A stretch of DNA of 32,355 bases from an uncultured Planctomycetia bacterium (GCA_964529985.1 CAZGYL010000002.1:1-32355); one strand, 5' to 3'. Shown: positions 1 through 9,200, counted from the first letter of the stretch. The notes: generated by a model not told the origin, from the sequence alone. Program-made: numbers and translations.

Positions 1-314
1 CCCTCGCCGTTAAGGGTACGGTGGATGAGCAGCTCGCTGCACAAAGGTCTTTGGTAGAGGCGCTTTCGCAAACCTACCGCCTTGCTAAGATGCGCTATGA
101 GACCGGAATCGACAGTTACCTGGGCGTCCTTGACGCGCAGCGGTCCCTTTTTGCGGCCCAGCAGGGGCTCATTTTGCTTCGTCTGGCCAGGCTCGCTAAT
201 CGGGTGAGGCTTTACGCAGTACTGGGCGGGGGCGGTGAATCAGGAGACAGTGATCAGGAGACAGGAAACGGCGTTCATGAAAAGGAGAAAGCGGCTGAAA
301 CGGCACAAAAATAA
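1..314 (+). CDS. Outer-membrane efflux factor (TolC/NodT/OprM-type, OEP family), C-terminal fragment; the gene starts upstream of the window
   Basis: The frame is already open at nt 3 (LAVKGT precedes the listed GTG at 21). Stop TAA at 312-314. SLVEALSQTYRLAKMRYETGIDSYLGVLDAQRSLFAAQQGLILLRLARLANRVRLYAVLGGG reads like the last helical repeat and LGGG C-terminus typical of outer membrane factors of tripartite efflux pumps. A charged low-complexity tail follows. Confidence 0.7.
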   Translation, partial: LAVKGTVDEQLAAQRSLVEALSQTYRLAKMRYETGIDSYLGVLDAQRSLFAAQQGLILLRLARLANRVRLYAVLGGGGESGDSDQETGNGVHEKEKAAETAQK

Positions 315-662
315 CACCCCCCTCGCCGCCGGCCCCATGGCGCCGGGTTTGCGGGTCGATTCCTCGCAGGCGCCGCCCAAAGGCGGCCCGGAGACGGCCG
401 AGGCCTACGGCCGGCGCGCTTCAGTAGCCCGGTTTCCCCGATGCAAACGCGAATCGAACTCACGTCCGTTTTCTGTTTGGGGGAAACGTGGAGAAAAAAC
501 ATTTCCCGCGCAGGGACGCGGAGAACGGCACTTGGAAGCTTTCAAGGCATTGTAAATAAAAGACTTTTGATGTGTCATGGCTGGGGAGACCGAATTTCTG
601 GAAGGCGGAGAGCCGTCCACCATTTATGCCAAGTGCTTGCGGGGTGGGATACCTTTCGATAT

Positions 663-2420
663 TTACGGCGAAGTCCCCCGGAAGGTCACGATGACCTGGT
701 AGACTCCTCTTGCGCCTTTAGAACCGGTTAGTGTGGCGTGGACCTCCGTGTTTCCCGCCCGTAGTTTTACGCCCTCAACCTTTACCGAATCCGCTCCTGG
801 GAGAACCGCAGTACGTCTTCTTACCCCTGCAACCTGAAGCGTCAAGGTTTCTTGCTCTTTTCCGGGATATATCAAGACCTCGAAGTCATAGAGGCCCGAC
901 CGCTCTATCTTGACAACCCACCAGCCGATGCTGTTGCGCGCCCATGTGCCGCCGCGCCAATCCTGTCGCGTCAGCACGGTCGGATTCTCAGCTGGAGATC
1001 CGATATGAATCCGAGGTGGCGCGTAATTGTCGGGTCTTGTTGAGGAGACATCGTCGAACCAGGCGTCATACGCCGCCTTTAATTGCTTTACCAGGTCAGG
1101 TTTTTGGGAGGCCAAGTTATGCCTTTCGCCTGGATCGCTGACCACGTCGTAAAGCTCGAAGTTGGGTTTCCCTGTAAAACGTTCCCTCCCGAAACCACTC
1201 GCATGAAGGAGCTTCCACCTACCGCGGCGGATCATGAAATTGTGATACCGGACAGGCACGTCTCCGCGGTGCGATTGAATAACAATGCTGCGTTCCGGCA
1301 GCGATTGCTCTGCGCCCGTCAAGAGGCCCCAGAAACTTCTTCCGTCAAGGCGGAGGCCCTCAGGTTTGGGAACCCCTGTGATGTCCAGGATCGTCGGTAC
1401 GATGTCTATATGTGCAACAGGCTCGTGGTACGCAGCCCCAGGCTTTATCTTCCCGGGCCAGCGGATCCAAAGCGGCGAGCGGATTCCTCCTTCGTAGACG
1501 TCGGCCTTCTTTCCTCGAAACGGGCCCACGTATCTGCGCGTGTTGGGGCCGTTGTCCACAAGGAAGAATATCACCGTGTTCCGTTCTATTCCCCATGCGT
1601 TCAGATACCTCAGCAGCCGCCCGATGTTGTCGTCGATATTTGTGATCATGGCGGCGATTCGCGCGAGTTTGTCGACTTCTTTAGCCGTAGGCTGCCCTAT
1701 TATGAGCTTCTTTAGGTGTTGGGCCTTTGCCAGGTAATGGTGATACCAAGCAGGGGGTACATCATGAAACGGTCCGTGCGGCGCATTGGTAGGAATGTAG
1801 CAGAAGAACGGGCGGCCGGCGTTTACGGCTTTTCTGATAAAGCGAAGCGCCGCTTCGAAGTAGACGTCGGTGCAATAGCCGCGGCACTGGACCTGCTTTC
1901 CGTTATGGAAAAGGATAGGATCCGTGTAGCGCCCGTGATTCTCGCGCGGCTCGGACGGTTGAGCCAGACCACCGCCGCGCAGCACAAGCGCCTCTTGGAA
2001 TCCTTGGTCGATCGGGCGCATGGGATAGCAATCACCCAAATGCCATTTGCCGAAGATGCCGGTCGCGTATCCGGCGGGCCGAAGCAGTTCGGCTATCGTA
2101 ACTTCGGCCGGATCCATCATGCTCCTGCCCACGTAGGTATCGATTACGCGCGTGCGGTAGTTGTACCGCCCGGTCATAAGGCAGGCCCTGGTGGGGGAGC
2201 AGACGGGGGAGACGTAGAAATTCGTCATCCATGCGCCCGCTGCGGCCAGAGAGTCCATATGGGGCGTTTCAATCGCCTCGTTGCCGGTCACGCCGAAGTC
2301 GCCGTACCCCTGGTCATCAGTCATTATGATAATGACGTTGGGGCGTTGAGCGCCGGAAGTGCTCTGGTTGCTTAATGCAGCGAAAAGCAAGAACAGTAGA
2401 AAAACTCGGATTACACGCAC
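663..2420 (-). CDS. Secreted Cys-type sulfatase (arylsulfatase / S1 family) with an additional C-terminal beta-rich domain
   Basis: Maximal ORF is 663..2438. It has a hydrophobic signal-like N-terminus (VRVIRVFLLFLLFAALS), the metal-site motif IIIMTDDQGYGD, the formylglycine signature CSPTRACLMTGR (C-x-P-x-R), and later GKWHLG and NAPHGP. I placed the start at GTG 2420 because GGAGG (2429-2433) lies 8 nt upstream. TTG 2438 is the alternative start. Confidence 0.9.
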   Translation of the reverse strand: MRVIRVFLLFLLFAALSNQSTSGAQRPNVIIIMTDDQGYGDFGVTGNEAIETPHMDSLAAAGAWMTNFYVSPVCSPTRACLMTGRYNYRTRVIDTYVGRSMMDPAEVTIAELLRPAGYATGIFGKWHLGDCYPMRPIDQGFQEALVLRGGGLAQPSEPRENHGRYTDPILFHNGKQVQCRGYCTDVYFEAALRFIRKAVNAGRPFFCYIPTNAPHGPFHDVPPAWYHHYLAKAQHLKKLIIGQPTAKEVDKLARIAAMITNIDDNIGRLLRYLNAWGIERNTVIFFLVDNGPNTRRYVGPFRGKKADVYEGGIRSPLWIRWPGKIKPGAAYHEPVAHIDIVPTILDITGVPKPEGLRLDGRSFWGLLTGAEQSLPERSIVIQSHRGDVPVRYHNFMIRRGRWKLLHASGFGRERFTGKPNFELYDVVSDPGERHNLASQKPDLVKQLKAAYDAWFDDVSSTRPDNYAPPRIHIGSPAENPTVLTRQDWRGGTWARNSIGWWVVKIERSGLYDFEVLIYPGKEQETLTLQVAGVRRRTAVLPGADSVKVEGVKLRAGNTEVHATLTGSKGARGVYQVIVTFRGTSP

Positions 2421-2548
2421 GGATCGTTCCTCCAGCAAAAACGTGGGGGCACCTGAAAGCTGGTGCCATTGTAGCTGCCCGGCGGCTTTGATGTGAAGGC
2501 GTCCGGGCTCCCGCAGGCGGCCTGTGGCCTGAAAGAGCCCGGCCGAGT

Positions 2549-2575
2549 TTGATGTATCACATCGTGTGGGATAAT
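2549..2575 (+). promoter_or_regulatory. Candidate sigma70-type promoter for the desulfoferrodoxin gene
   Basis: TTGATG (2549-2554), a 15-nt spacer, then TGgGATAAT (extended -10; hexamer 2570-2575), about 70 nt upstream of ATG 2646. The spacer is short and promoter consensus for this taxon is unknown. Pattern match only. Confidence 0.25.
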
Positions 2576-2645
2576 ATTGCCCTCCTCATGGGCAGGGCAT
2601 TTCTTTCAGCAAATGTAGTTTTTGTCAGTTAAAGGAGACCCAATA

Positions 2646-3020
2646 ATGACAAAGCAATTTGAGGTTTACAAGTGCGAAGTGTGCGGTGCGATCGTTGAGG
2701 TGCTTCAGGGCGGCGGCGGCTCTCTTGTATGCTGCAACAAACCAATGATTCTTCTCCAGGAACAGACGGCGGATCAGGCCACTGAGAAGCATGTCCCCGT
2801 GGTTCAGAAGGCTGCAAGCGGAATGAAAGTTGTTGTCGGCAGCGTTCCGCACCCAATGGAAGAAAAGCACTACATCCAGTGGATTGAAGCCATTGCAGGC
2901 GGAAAGATCCACCGCGTATTTCTCAAGCCGGGTGGTGCTCCGGAGGCCGAGCTGCCTGTTGATCCCCAGGGGGCTCTGGTAAGGGAGTACTGCAACCTGC
3001 ACGGCCTTTGGAAGGCATAG
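2646..3020 (+). CDS. dfx: Desulfoferrodoxin (2Fe superoxide reductase)
   Basis: The N-terminal desulforedoxin-like FeS4 site reads [10 protein letters not shown]...LVCCNKPM. The centre II ligand pattern is [18 protein letters not shown] and YCNLHGLWK. Length about 124 aa. Start placed at ATG 2646 with AGGAG (2633-2637) 8 nt upstream; the track ORF starts at 2622. Confidence 0.9.
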   Translation: MTKQFEVYKCEVCGAIVEVLQGGGGSLVCCNKPMILLQEQTADQATEKHVPVVQKAASGMKVVVGSVPHPMEEKHYIQWIEAIAGGKIHRVFLKPGGAPEAELPVDPQGALVREYCNLHGLWKA

Positions 3021-3103
3021 ACTTCCGGCGGCAGTTACGGCGGCAGTTAGATTCTTCTGAAGCCCGGAGGCCGACATCGGCTCCGGCGCTTGAGGGCTCC
3101 GGA

Positions 3104-3149
3104 TCAAAAAAAGAAGGCGCAAAACGGCATTGGAGCCGCTTTGCGCCTT
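3104..3149 (-). terminator. Rho-independent terminator of the glutamate-synthase-family gene
   Basis: On the minus strand, 18 nt after the TGA stop, the sequence is AAGGCGCAAAGCGGC-TCCAAT-GCCGTTTTGCGCCTT. That is a 15-bp stem (one G-U pair) with a 6-nt loop, followed immediately by CTTTTTTT (the A7 run at 3106-3112 on the plus strand). Confidence 0.8.
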
Positions 3150-3166
3150 ACCGCGGCTTGTCTACT

Positions 3167-4750
3167 TCAGGAATCGATGATGGCAAGGGCTTCTTCGCGG
3201 TATGCCTCCATCACATACGGTATGCCGGTGATTTTCGCGCACTCTTCGGTGAGCGACACCAGGTCGCGCCGATTGATAAGGTCGACCTTCCATTTTCTGG
3301 CCCCCGCCATGAGTTGTTGGAGGCCGACTTTGATTTTCTGAACTACGTTGTAAATGCCCAGCGCGCCGAGCGGAAAGGAGTCGACTTCCTCTCCGTATAT
3401 GGTTTTCAGCTCTTCATAGCAGACAAAGAGCTCTTGTTTCTTGGATCCGTACTGTGCCAGCTGTTTCGGAAGCCCGCCGTTTTGGCCGCTGATCCATTTT
3501 TCAGCGTTCTTGCCGACCATTCCCGGGATCATCAGTGCGCGCCCCATGCACACGGCTTTGCAGTAGGGCGCACCCAAGGCTAAAGCCTTGAAAACATGGT
3601 CTTCCGTTGAAAAAGCTCCTGCAAAAGCCAAATGCGGGACGAATTGTTTCTTCTGCGCCAAACGCTCGCACAGCTCGTAGGCCATAGCGTGCAGATAGAT
3701 GGCGGGAATACCCCATTCACACATCATGCGCCAAGGGCTCATACCAGTACCGCCGGGGGCTCCATCGATGGTCAGAAGATCGATTTCCGCCTCGGAGGAC
3801 CATTTGATGGCCATGGCAAGCTCGCGCATCGGATAGGCCCCGGTCTTAAGGGTGACGCGTTTGGCTCCGAGCGAGCGAAGGCGCTCCACCTCTTTCATGA
3901 AGCTTTCCCTGTCCACAAAGCCGAGGCGCGAATGCCGCTCGAACTGTTTGATCGCTCCGCTTCGAAAAGCCTGCTGAACAGCGAGATTTTCCGGGTCGGG
4001 CGTTACTATGTAACCCCTTCGTTTCAATTCTATGGCGCGCTCCAGGGTATTGACCTTGATCTCACCGCCGATGCACTTTGCACCTTGTCCCCACTTGAGC
4101 TCTATGGTCTCGACCCCAAGTTCTCCGATCACGTACTCCGCGACTCCGAATCTGGTATCTTCCACGTTAAGCTGAACGATCATATCCCCCTTGCCTTGGT
4201 GGTAGCGCCTGTAGCTCTCCACGCGCCTGCGCATTTCGGGGGATTCCACAACATTTCCTTTACTGTCCACTTGAAGTTGCGGGTCGATTCCACAGACGTT
4301 TTCACCGCACACGATGGTGATGCCGCTTATCGCAGCTCCGACTGCAAAATGCTCCCAATTTTTCCTTGCAATATCCGTGCTGCCCAGAGCGCCGGTGAAT
4401 ACGGGGACCGACATGGTGACCGGTGATCGGCGGCCGTAGGTCGTCTCCGTGTTCACAGCAGGGAAGATCGCGTGGTCGGGATCGGCCTGGATGCCTTCTG
4501 CACCAAGGGCGTATCCGAGAATGTTCAGGTGAGAGTAATCCACAGGGTAGTCCTTGTCAGAGCCAGCGGTGACTTCTCCGAAAGGCCCGGGATACAAGAG
4601 CTCCCTGCCCCGGAAGGTGGCGGTGAAAAGGTCACAGCCGCCCCGGCACCCGTCTATACACCTGGTGCAAATGCCCGACTGAGGGGCCACGTTACGCGAT
4701 CGGTTGAAAGTTTGAAGAGCTTCGTTTGCATTGGGTCTTGAAAGGTTCAT
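3167..4750 (-). CDS. FMN-binding glutamate synthase family protein (GltB central-domain-like, stand-alone) with an N-terminal Cys cluster
   Basis: 527-aa product. The N-terminal motif is CTRCIDGCRGGC (C-x2-C-x3-C-x3-C). The body matches glutamate synthase FMN-domain proteins (TIDGAPGGTGMSPW, LAFAGAFSTEDHVFKALALGA, CMGRALM). Start placed at ATG 4750 with GGAGG (4759-4763) 8 nt upstream; GTG 4756 is the maximal ORF start. No amidotransferase or GXGXG-domain partner gene lies next to it. Confidence 0.8.
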   Translation of the reverse strand: MNLSRPNANEALQTFNRSRNVAPQSGICTRCIDGCRGGCDLFTATFRGRELLYPGPFGEVTAGSDKDYPVDYSHLNILGYALGAEGIQADPDHAIFPAVNTETTYGRRSPVTMSVPVFTGALGSTDIARKNWEHFAVGAAISGITIVCGENVCGIDPQLQVDSKGNVVESPEMRRRVESYRRYHQGKGDMIVQLNVEDTRFGVAEYVIGELGVETIELKWGQGAKCIGGEIKVNTLERAIELKRRGYIVTPDPENLAVQQAFRSGAIKQFERHSRLGFVDRESFMKEVERLRSLGAKRVTLKTGAYPMRELAMAIKWSSEAEIDLLTIDGAPGGTGMSPWRMMCEWGIPAIYLHAMAYELCERLAQKKQFVPHLAFAGAFSTEDHVFKALALGAPYCKAVCMGRALMIPGMVGKNAEKWISGQNGGLPKQLAQYGSKKQELFVCYEELKTIYGEEVDSFPLGALGIYNVVQKIKVGLQQLMAGARKWKVDLINRRDLVSLTEECAKITGIPYVMEAYREEALAIIDS

Positions 4751-4836
4751 TGGCACTACCTCCGCAGGTACGTTGGGTTCGAAGGGAAACAGGGTCCGTT
4801 TTCGATAAGATAGCTAAGTTTCCGGCGAGCATCAAC

Positions 4837-5070
4837 GGCAATGAGTTGCCACACAGACCTGCCATAAGCTGCCGCTTCTAATAGGTTCTTTGTGGGGTTG
4901 CGGGGCCCCTGGTGCGAAGTTGTCGGACGTTGGGCAACATTCTTGGCAATTTTGCCGGCAAAGTTGCCGGTAGAGGAAATTTTCTTGGGTTGATTTGCCG
5001 TCTCTCTGTAGACAAGGCGGCACGGACTTGTAAAATGGCAACCCAGTGCTTACGCAACGGCAGTTTTGCC
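4837..5070. promoter_or_regulatory. Array of GGCA-Nx-TGCC palindromes (candidate operators) in the divergent spacer between the GltB-like and NrpR-like genes
   Basis: GGCAATGAGTTGCC (4837-4850), GGCAATTTTGCC (4945-4956) abutting GGCAAAGTTGCC (4957-4968), and GGCAGTTTTGCC (5059-5070). Half-site-like GGGCAAC (4932-4938), TTTGCC (4994-4999) and TGGCAA (5036-5041) are also present. Confidence 0.35.
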
Positions 5071-5112
5071 GCTTGACAATGCTTGTCTGCACGGAAATGG
5101 AGGCCGGTTCTC

Positions 5113-6141
5113 ATGCCTGGTAAGCTTTCCACCGAAAGAAGCAGCCGCAAAAAACTGGCTGTATTAAGGACACTCAGAGAGGCCAATAAGCCCGTAACGA
5201 GTGCTGAGATCACAAGGAAGCTGGCAAGCGAAGGGTATGAAGTCAGCGAAAGAACGGTGCGCCTTTACCTTCAGGCGCTCCAGGAACAGGGCCTCGTTGA
5301 AAGGGTGGGGAGGGGACTTCGCAGGATCACGCGGCGGGGCGAAGAGGAGCTCCAGCAGGCCCCGGCGTTCGAGAAAGTAGGTTTTCTCGCCGCGCGGATC
5401 GACCAGATGACGTATCGCATGTCCTTCAGCCTGGAGAAGCGGACGGGCACGGTGGTTGCCAACCTTACGTTTATAAAACCGGACGACCTGCGCGGCGCTC
5501 TGCCCCATATCTGCAAGGTCTTTGAAAAAGGCTATGCCATGGGTTGCTTGGCCGGTATCTTCGGGCCCGGCGAGCTGGTGGCCGAAAACATCGTGCCTCA
5601 AGGTCATTGTGCCGTTGCGACGGTTTGCTCTGTAACGCTCAATGGGGTGCTCCTTGACCATGGGATACCTTCACACTCGCGCTTCGGAGGGCTGTTGGAG
5701 GTTGTGGACGGCAAACCGCGGAGGTTTGTGGAGATCATAACCTACAACGGTACGAGTCTTGATCCGTTGGAGATTTTTATCCGCAGCGGGATGACCGATT
5801 ACCGGGGGGCGGTGGCCACGGGCACCGGCAGGATCGGCGTTGGATTTCGAGAGTTTCCCGCTGAAAGCAGAGAACACGTTTCGGTTCTGGCGGAGCAACT
5901 GAGGCGCGTAGGCTTGGGGGGATTCATGGCTTTGGGTTGGCCCGGCCGGCCTTTGGTGGACGTACCGGTCAGTGAAGGGCGCTTCGGAGCCATCGTGATA
6001 GGTGGCTTGAATCCGGCGGCTATCCTGGAAGAGTTGGGCATACGAGTGCAGAGCCGAGCTCTTGCCGGACTCCTGCCCTATGAGCAACTGGTTCCCTACC
6101 ACGAGCTTGAAGCCCAGGCCGGCAGGCTCGGCCTTCTCTGA
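5113..6141 (+). CDS. NrpR-like transcriptional regulator (winged helix-turn-helix plus one NrpR/DUF128 domain)
   Basis: KLAVLRTLREANKPVTSAEITRKLASEGYEVSERTVRLYLQALQEQGLVERVGRGLRRITRRGEEEL is a wHTH segment laid out as in archaeal NrpR. The remainder (GTVVANLTFI..., GGLLEVVDGKPRRFVEIITYNGTSLDPLEIF) resembles the NrpR regulatory domain. Start placed at ATG 5113 with GGAGG (5099-5103) 9 nt upstream; the track ORF starts at TTG 5083. Family call is from memory of the family pattern, not an HMM. Confidence 0.6.
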   Translation: MPGKLSTERSSRKKLAVLRTLREANKPVTSAEITRKLASEGYEVSERTVRLYLQALQEQGLVERVGRGLRRITRRGEEELQQAPAFEKVGFLAARIDQMTYRMSFSLEKRTGTVVANLTFIKPDDLRGALPHICKVFEKGYAMGCLAGIFGPGELVAENIVPQGHCAVATVCSVTLNGVLLDHGIPSHSRFGGLLEVVDGKPRRFVEIITYNGTSLDPLEIFIRSGMTDYRGAVATGTGRIGVGFREFPAESREHVSVLAEQLRRVGLGGFMALGWPGRPLVDVPVSEGRFGAIVIGGLNPAAILEELGIRVQSRALAGLLPYEQLVPYHELEAQAGRLGLL

Positions 6142-6218
6142 ACAGGGCTGTTTTCCTGCGTGCTCTCTTGGGGCATGATGGCGCAAACAGACGGAAAAAC
6201 AGCTTTGGAGGTCAAGCG

Positions 6219-9200
6219 GTGCACATTACACTTCTGCTTTGCAGCTTTTGGTCAAGCACTCCTACCGCCGAACCGGTTCTTCTTTTAAGAGACCGCTGGG
6301 GGATTCCCCATGTTTTCGCTCAAACCGACGAAGGTGCTTTTTACGGTCTGGGATATGCTACAGCCCGTGACAGGGCTTTTCAGATGATCTACTCCTTGCG
6401 GATCGTGCAAGGCAGACTCGCTGAGACTGTAGGGTTGGTGCGAAACAACCGGCGGCGTATGACCTCGATCGACAGCGACAAGCGGTATCGTACCTTCGGC
6501 TTTTTCCGAGCCGCGCAGCGCTGCGCCCGTAATTTGGACGCGAAAAACCTACGGCTTCTTCAGGCGTACTGCGAAGGGGTGAACGCCTACCTTTTCGACC
6601 CGCAGAGCGAACTGCATCCTCTTTTTGAGGAACTTGGTGTAGAAATCGAGCGCTGGACGCCTGCCGCGTGCATTGCGACGTTCTGGTATATCGGACAATT
6701 CTTCGCGCGAGACGGCACCCGCGAGCTTATAGCCCGCAGGCAAAGGGCTTCAGGGCGGCGCGCTCGAAGCCGGCCGGCGCGGGATGAGGAAGCCGCCGTC
6801 GTCAAGCGCGAAGATGTTTCTGAAAGCTGGATCAAAGAGTTAGTGAAGTACGCTCGGGAGCACGGCCTTCCCGCGCGGTCGCAGGGCGCGGACAGCCCGC
6901 GCTTCAGCCACGCCTGGGTTGTGGGAGGTCTTCGTTCGGATTCAGGAGCTGCGGTTCTGGTAAGCGATCCTCAGACGCTTGTACGCAATCCTTCGCTTTG
7001 GTACGAGTTTCACATAAAGGGGGCGACCTTCAACACGCGAGGTATCGGCGTTCCCGGTTCGCCTTTTATCCTCATTGGTTTCAACCCTTACGTGGCATGG
7101 GGTGTAACAGCGCTCGGGGCTGACCAGGCCGATCTTTTCATCCTGAAGGGGAGCGGGTCGGAGAGCTATCGTTTCAACGGAGTGTGGGTTCCGGTGGTCC
7201 GGCACCAAGAGCTGATTTCGGTTAAGGGAGCCCGGCCCGTGCCTTTTGTAGTCAGAGAAACCCACTTGGGACCTATTGCGACCGCCCTTTGCTTTGCACG
7301 CCCGGGCGAGGGACCGGTGGCGCTTAAACGTATACCGATATGCGAGACGGACCGCGATACGATACAAGCTTTGCTTCCGATGATTCAGGCTCAGAGTGCC
7401 GAGGCGTTTGAGAAGGCGCTGGCAAAGTGGCGGTTCCCGAGCGTAAACATACTTTTCGGCGACAAGCGGGGCGGTATCGGCTACAAGGCTCTTTGTGCGG
7501 TGCCTGTCCGTTCCAGGCGCGATCGGTCGCAAGGCGCAGTAGCTCACCCTGCGCGTGACGATGCAGACGACTGGCAGGAAATCCTGCCCTTCCACCTTCT
7601 TCCGACGGTACGCAACCCTGCGGGCGGCGTGCTTTTCAGTGCCAACCACAGGCCCGTTGAATCTTGGTATCCGATTCCGCTTGGAGTCATGACGGGAGGA
7701 GGCGGGGATACCGTGCGGTCCTGGCGCCTCCGAGAGCTCTCGAGCGGAAAAAAGACCTTTGCTCCGTGTGAAGTGCTTTCGGTTCACTTCGATTCGGTCA
7801 ACCCCGCACGAAGAACCATAGTCCAGGCAGCCTTGTATCTCAGAGACCGCAAAGAAGGCCGGCTTTCGGGCGAAACGCTTAAAGCTCTGGAGGTTCTTGA
7901 GCCTTGGTACCGGAACGGTGCGCGATCCGATCTAAGGTATCCGGGTGCTGCTTTGGCCCTGGAGATAAATACCTTTTTCAGAGCCTCCCGCACTCCCCTC
8001 GCCCTTAAATACGGAGGCGGCGAGACAGGACTTGTTTTCTTCCTGAAACAGGTTCAGCGGCGGTTGGAAAGCTCAAAACAGGCCGAGTTTACACCACAGG
8101 AGGTGCGTTTCTTTGATGACTGCCTTGCTTCCGCCTGGCGCTCCGCCCTCCGAAAGTACGGCTCTGATCCGGGTAATTGGAACGAACGAGCCCTGCGGGC
8201 GATTGCTTCGCGCAAGATGGGGGCGTTTGAAGCGCTGCACGGTTTTCCCTCTCTTAACAAATCCCTGGACAAGAACCTTCCGGATCTCTACCGAGTCGAT
8301 CCGGGAACAATCGCCTGTCAAACAAGCCAGTCGTACACGCAATGGGTACCGCTTGATGATCCTGACAAGGCCCTTAGTGTCTGCCCGCCCGGCCAATCCG
8401 AGTCGCCGCGGAGCCGGTTTCGATTCAGCACCTACGATTTGTGGGCGAAAGGCGAGCTGCACCCTGCGCCTCTTTCGCGTAAAACCGTCGAGAAATACGT
8501 TGTAGAACGAACGTTGCTTCGCTTCAGAGAGCCTCCGACATATCGTAATCCGATTATTGAAAGGCGGTTGGCCGATCCGACCGTGATCTTCTACAAGGGG
8601 ACTTATTACCTTTATGCAACGAACGATGTAGACGGAGACAGAGGCTACCGGGCCTACTTGTCGAAGGATTTGGTCCACTGGAAGCGAGGCCCCGTGGTTT
8701 TCAAACCCGGAAGACCTCATGTCTGGGCGCCTGATATAAATCGCGATCCTCAAACGGGGCTCTTCTACTTGTACTACACAGCGGACCGGACGGTCGGTGT
8801 TGCAAAAGCTTCAAGCCCCCTGGGACCCTTCCGTATCGTGCGGGACCTTGTCCGCGGAGCCATAGATGCCCATTTCTTTCGGGATACGGACGGAACCCTT
8901 TACCTGTACTACGTAAAGCTCCCTGGGTTCCGCATCACCGTTCAGCCGATGGCTTCGCCTGTAGAGCCGGAGGGCGAAGCCAGAGTACTGCTCCAGCCCG
9001 AAAGCCCCTGGGAGATCCGAAACGGAAGGGTCACGGAAGGTCCATGGCTGCTTGCGCGCAGAGGCCTTTATTATCTCCTTTACAGCGGATCGGGCGCGGA
9101 TACACCTGATTACGCGGTCGGATATGCCGTATCGAGAAGCCCTATGGGCCCCTTTGTGCGGGCCGAGCACAATCCCGTTCTGCACCGGTCTGAAGGAGTC

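Noticed and set aside
350-465. Possible tRNA, tmRNA or tRNA pseudogene, suggested by TCGATTC / GTTCGAT loops.
   Set aside because: No acceptor stem, D-arm or anticodon arm can be paired around either hairpin. The loops deviate from the T-psi-C consensus and there is no CCA or discriminator context. It is kept only as a low-interest observation.
598-622. SRP-RNA-like CTGGAAGGCGGAGAGCC and a tRNA-like GTCCACCA 3' end.
   Set aside because: The conserved SRP helix-8 sequence (GGAA tetraloop with flanking AGCAGCC symmetric loop) is not reproduced, and no complementary 5' strand could be found. The CCA-ending string has no T-arm before it.
1083-2375. Plus-strand ORFs of 210 and 219 aa overlapping the sulfatase gene. 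Comparable shadow ORFs occur at 3632-4426, 5164-6186, 6942-7787, 8073-8753, 10014-10739 and 10752-11579.
   Set aside because: Each overlaps, on the opposite strand or in a different frame, a CDS with unmistakable family signatures. None has recognisable motifs.
4836-4850. Sigma-54-like -24/-12 element on the minus strand (TGGCAACTCATTGCC) upstream of the GltB-like gene, attractive because of the nitrogen context.
   Set aside because: The GG-to-GC spacing is one nucleotide shorter than the strict TGGCAC-N5-TTGC consensus. The plus-strand look-alikes at 4931-4949 and 5036-5052 are also off by one. These sequences are better explained as the GGCA/TGCC dyad operators.
5073-5101. Perfect -35 hexamer TTGACA upstream of the NrpR-like gene as a promoter call.
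   Set aside because: No acceptable -10 hexamer lies 16-18 nt downstream (AATGGA at best). The implied transcript would start on top of the Shine-Dalgarno site.
8450-8600. The acylase/GH43 junction as a frameshifted or read-through pseudogene of two separate genes.
   Set aside because: The frame is continuous with no stop or obvious slippery run. Both halves have intact catalytic motifs, and there is no internal SD plus start codon at the junction. The region is treated as a genuine fusion pending read-level verification.
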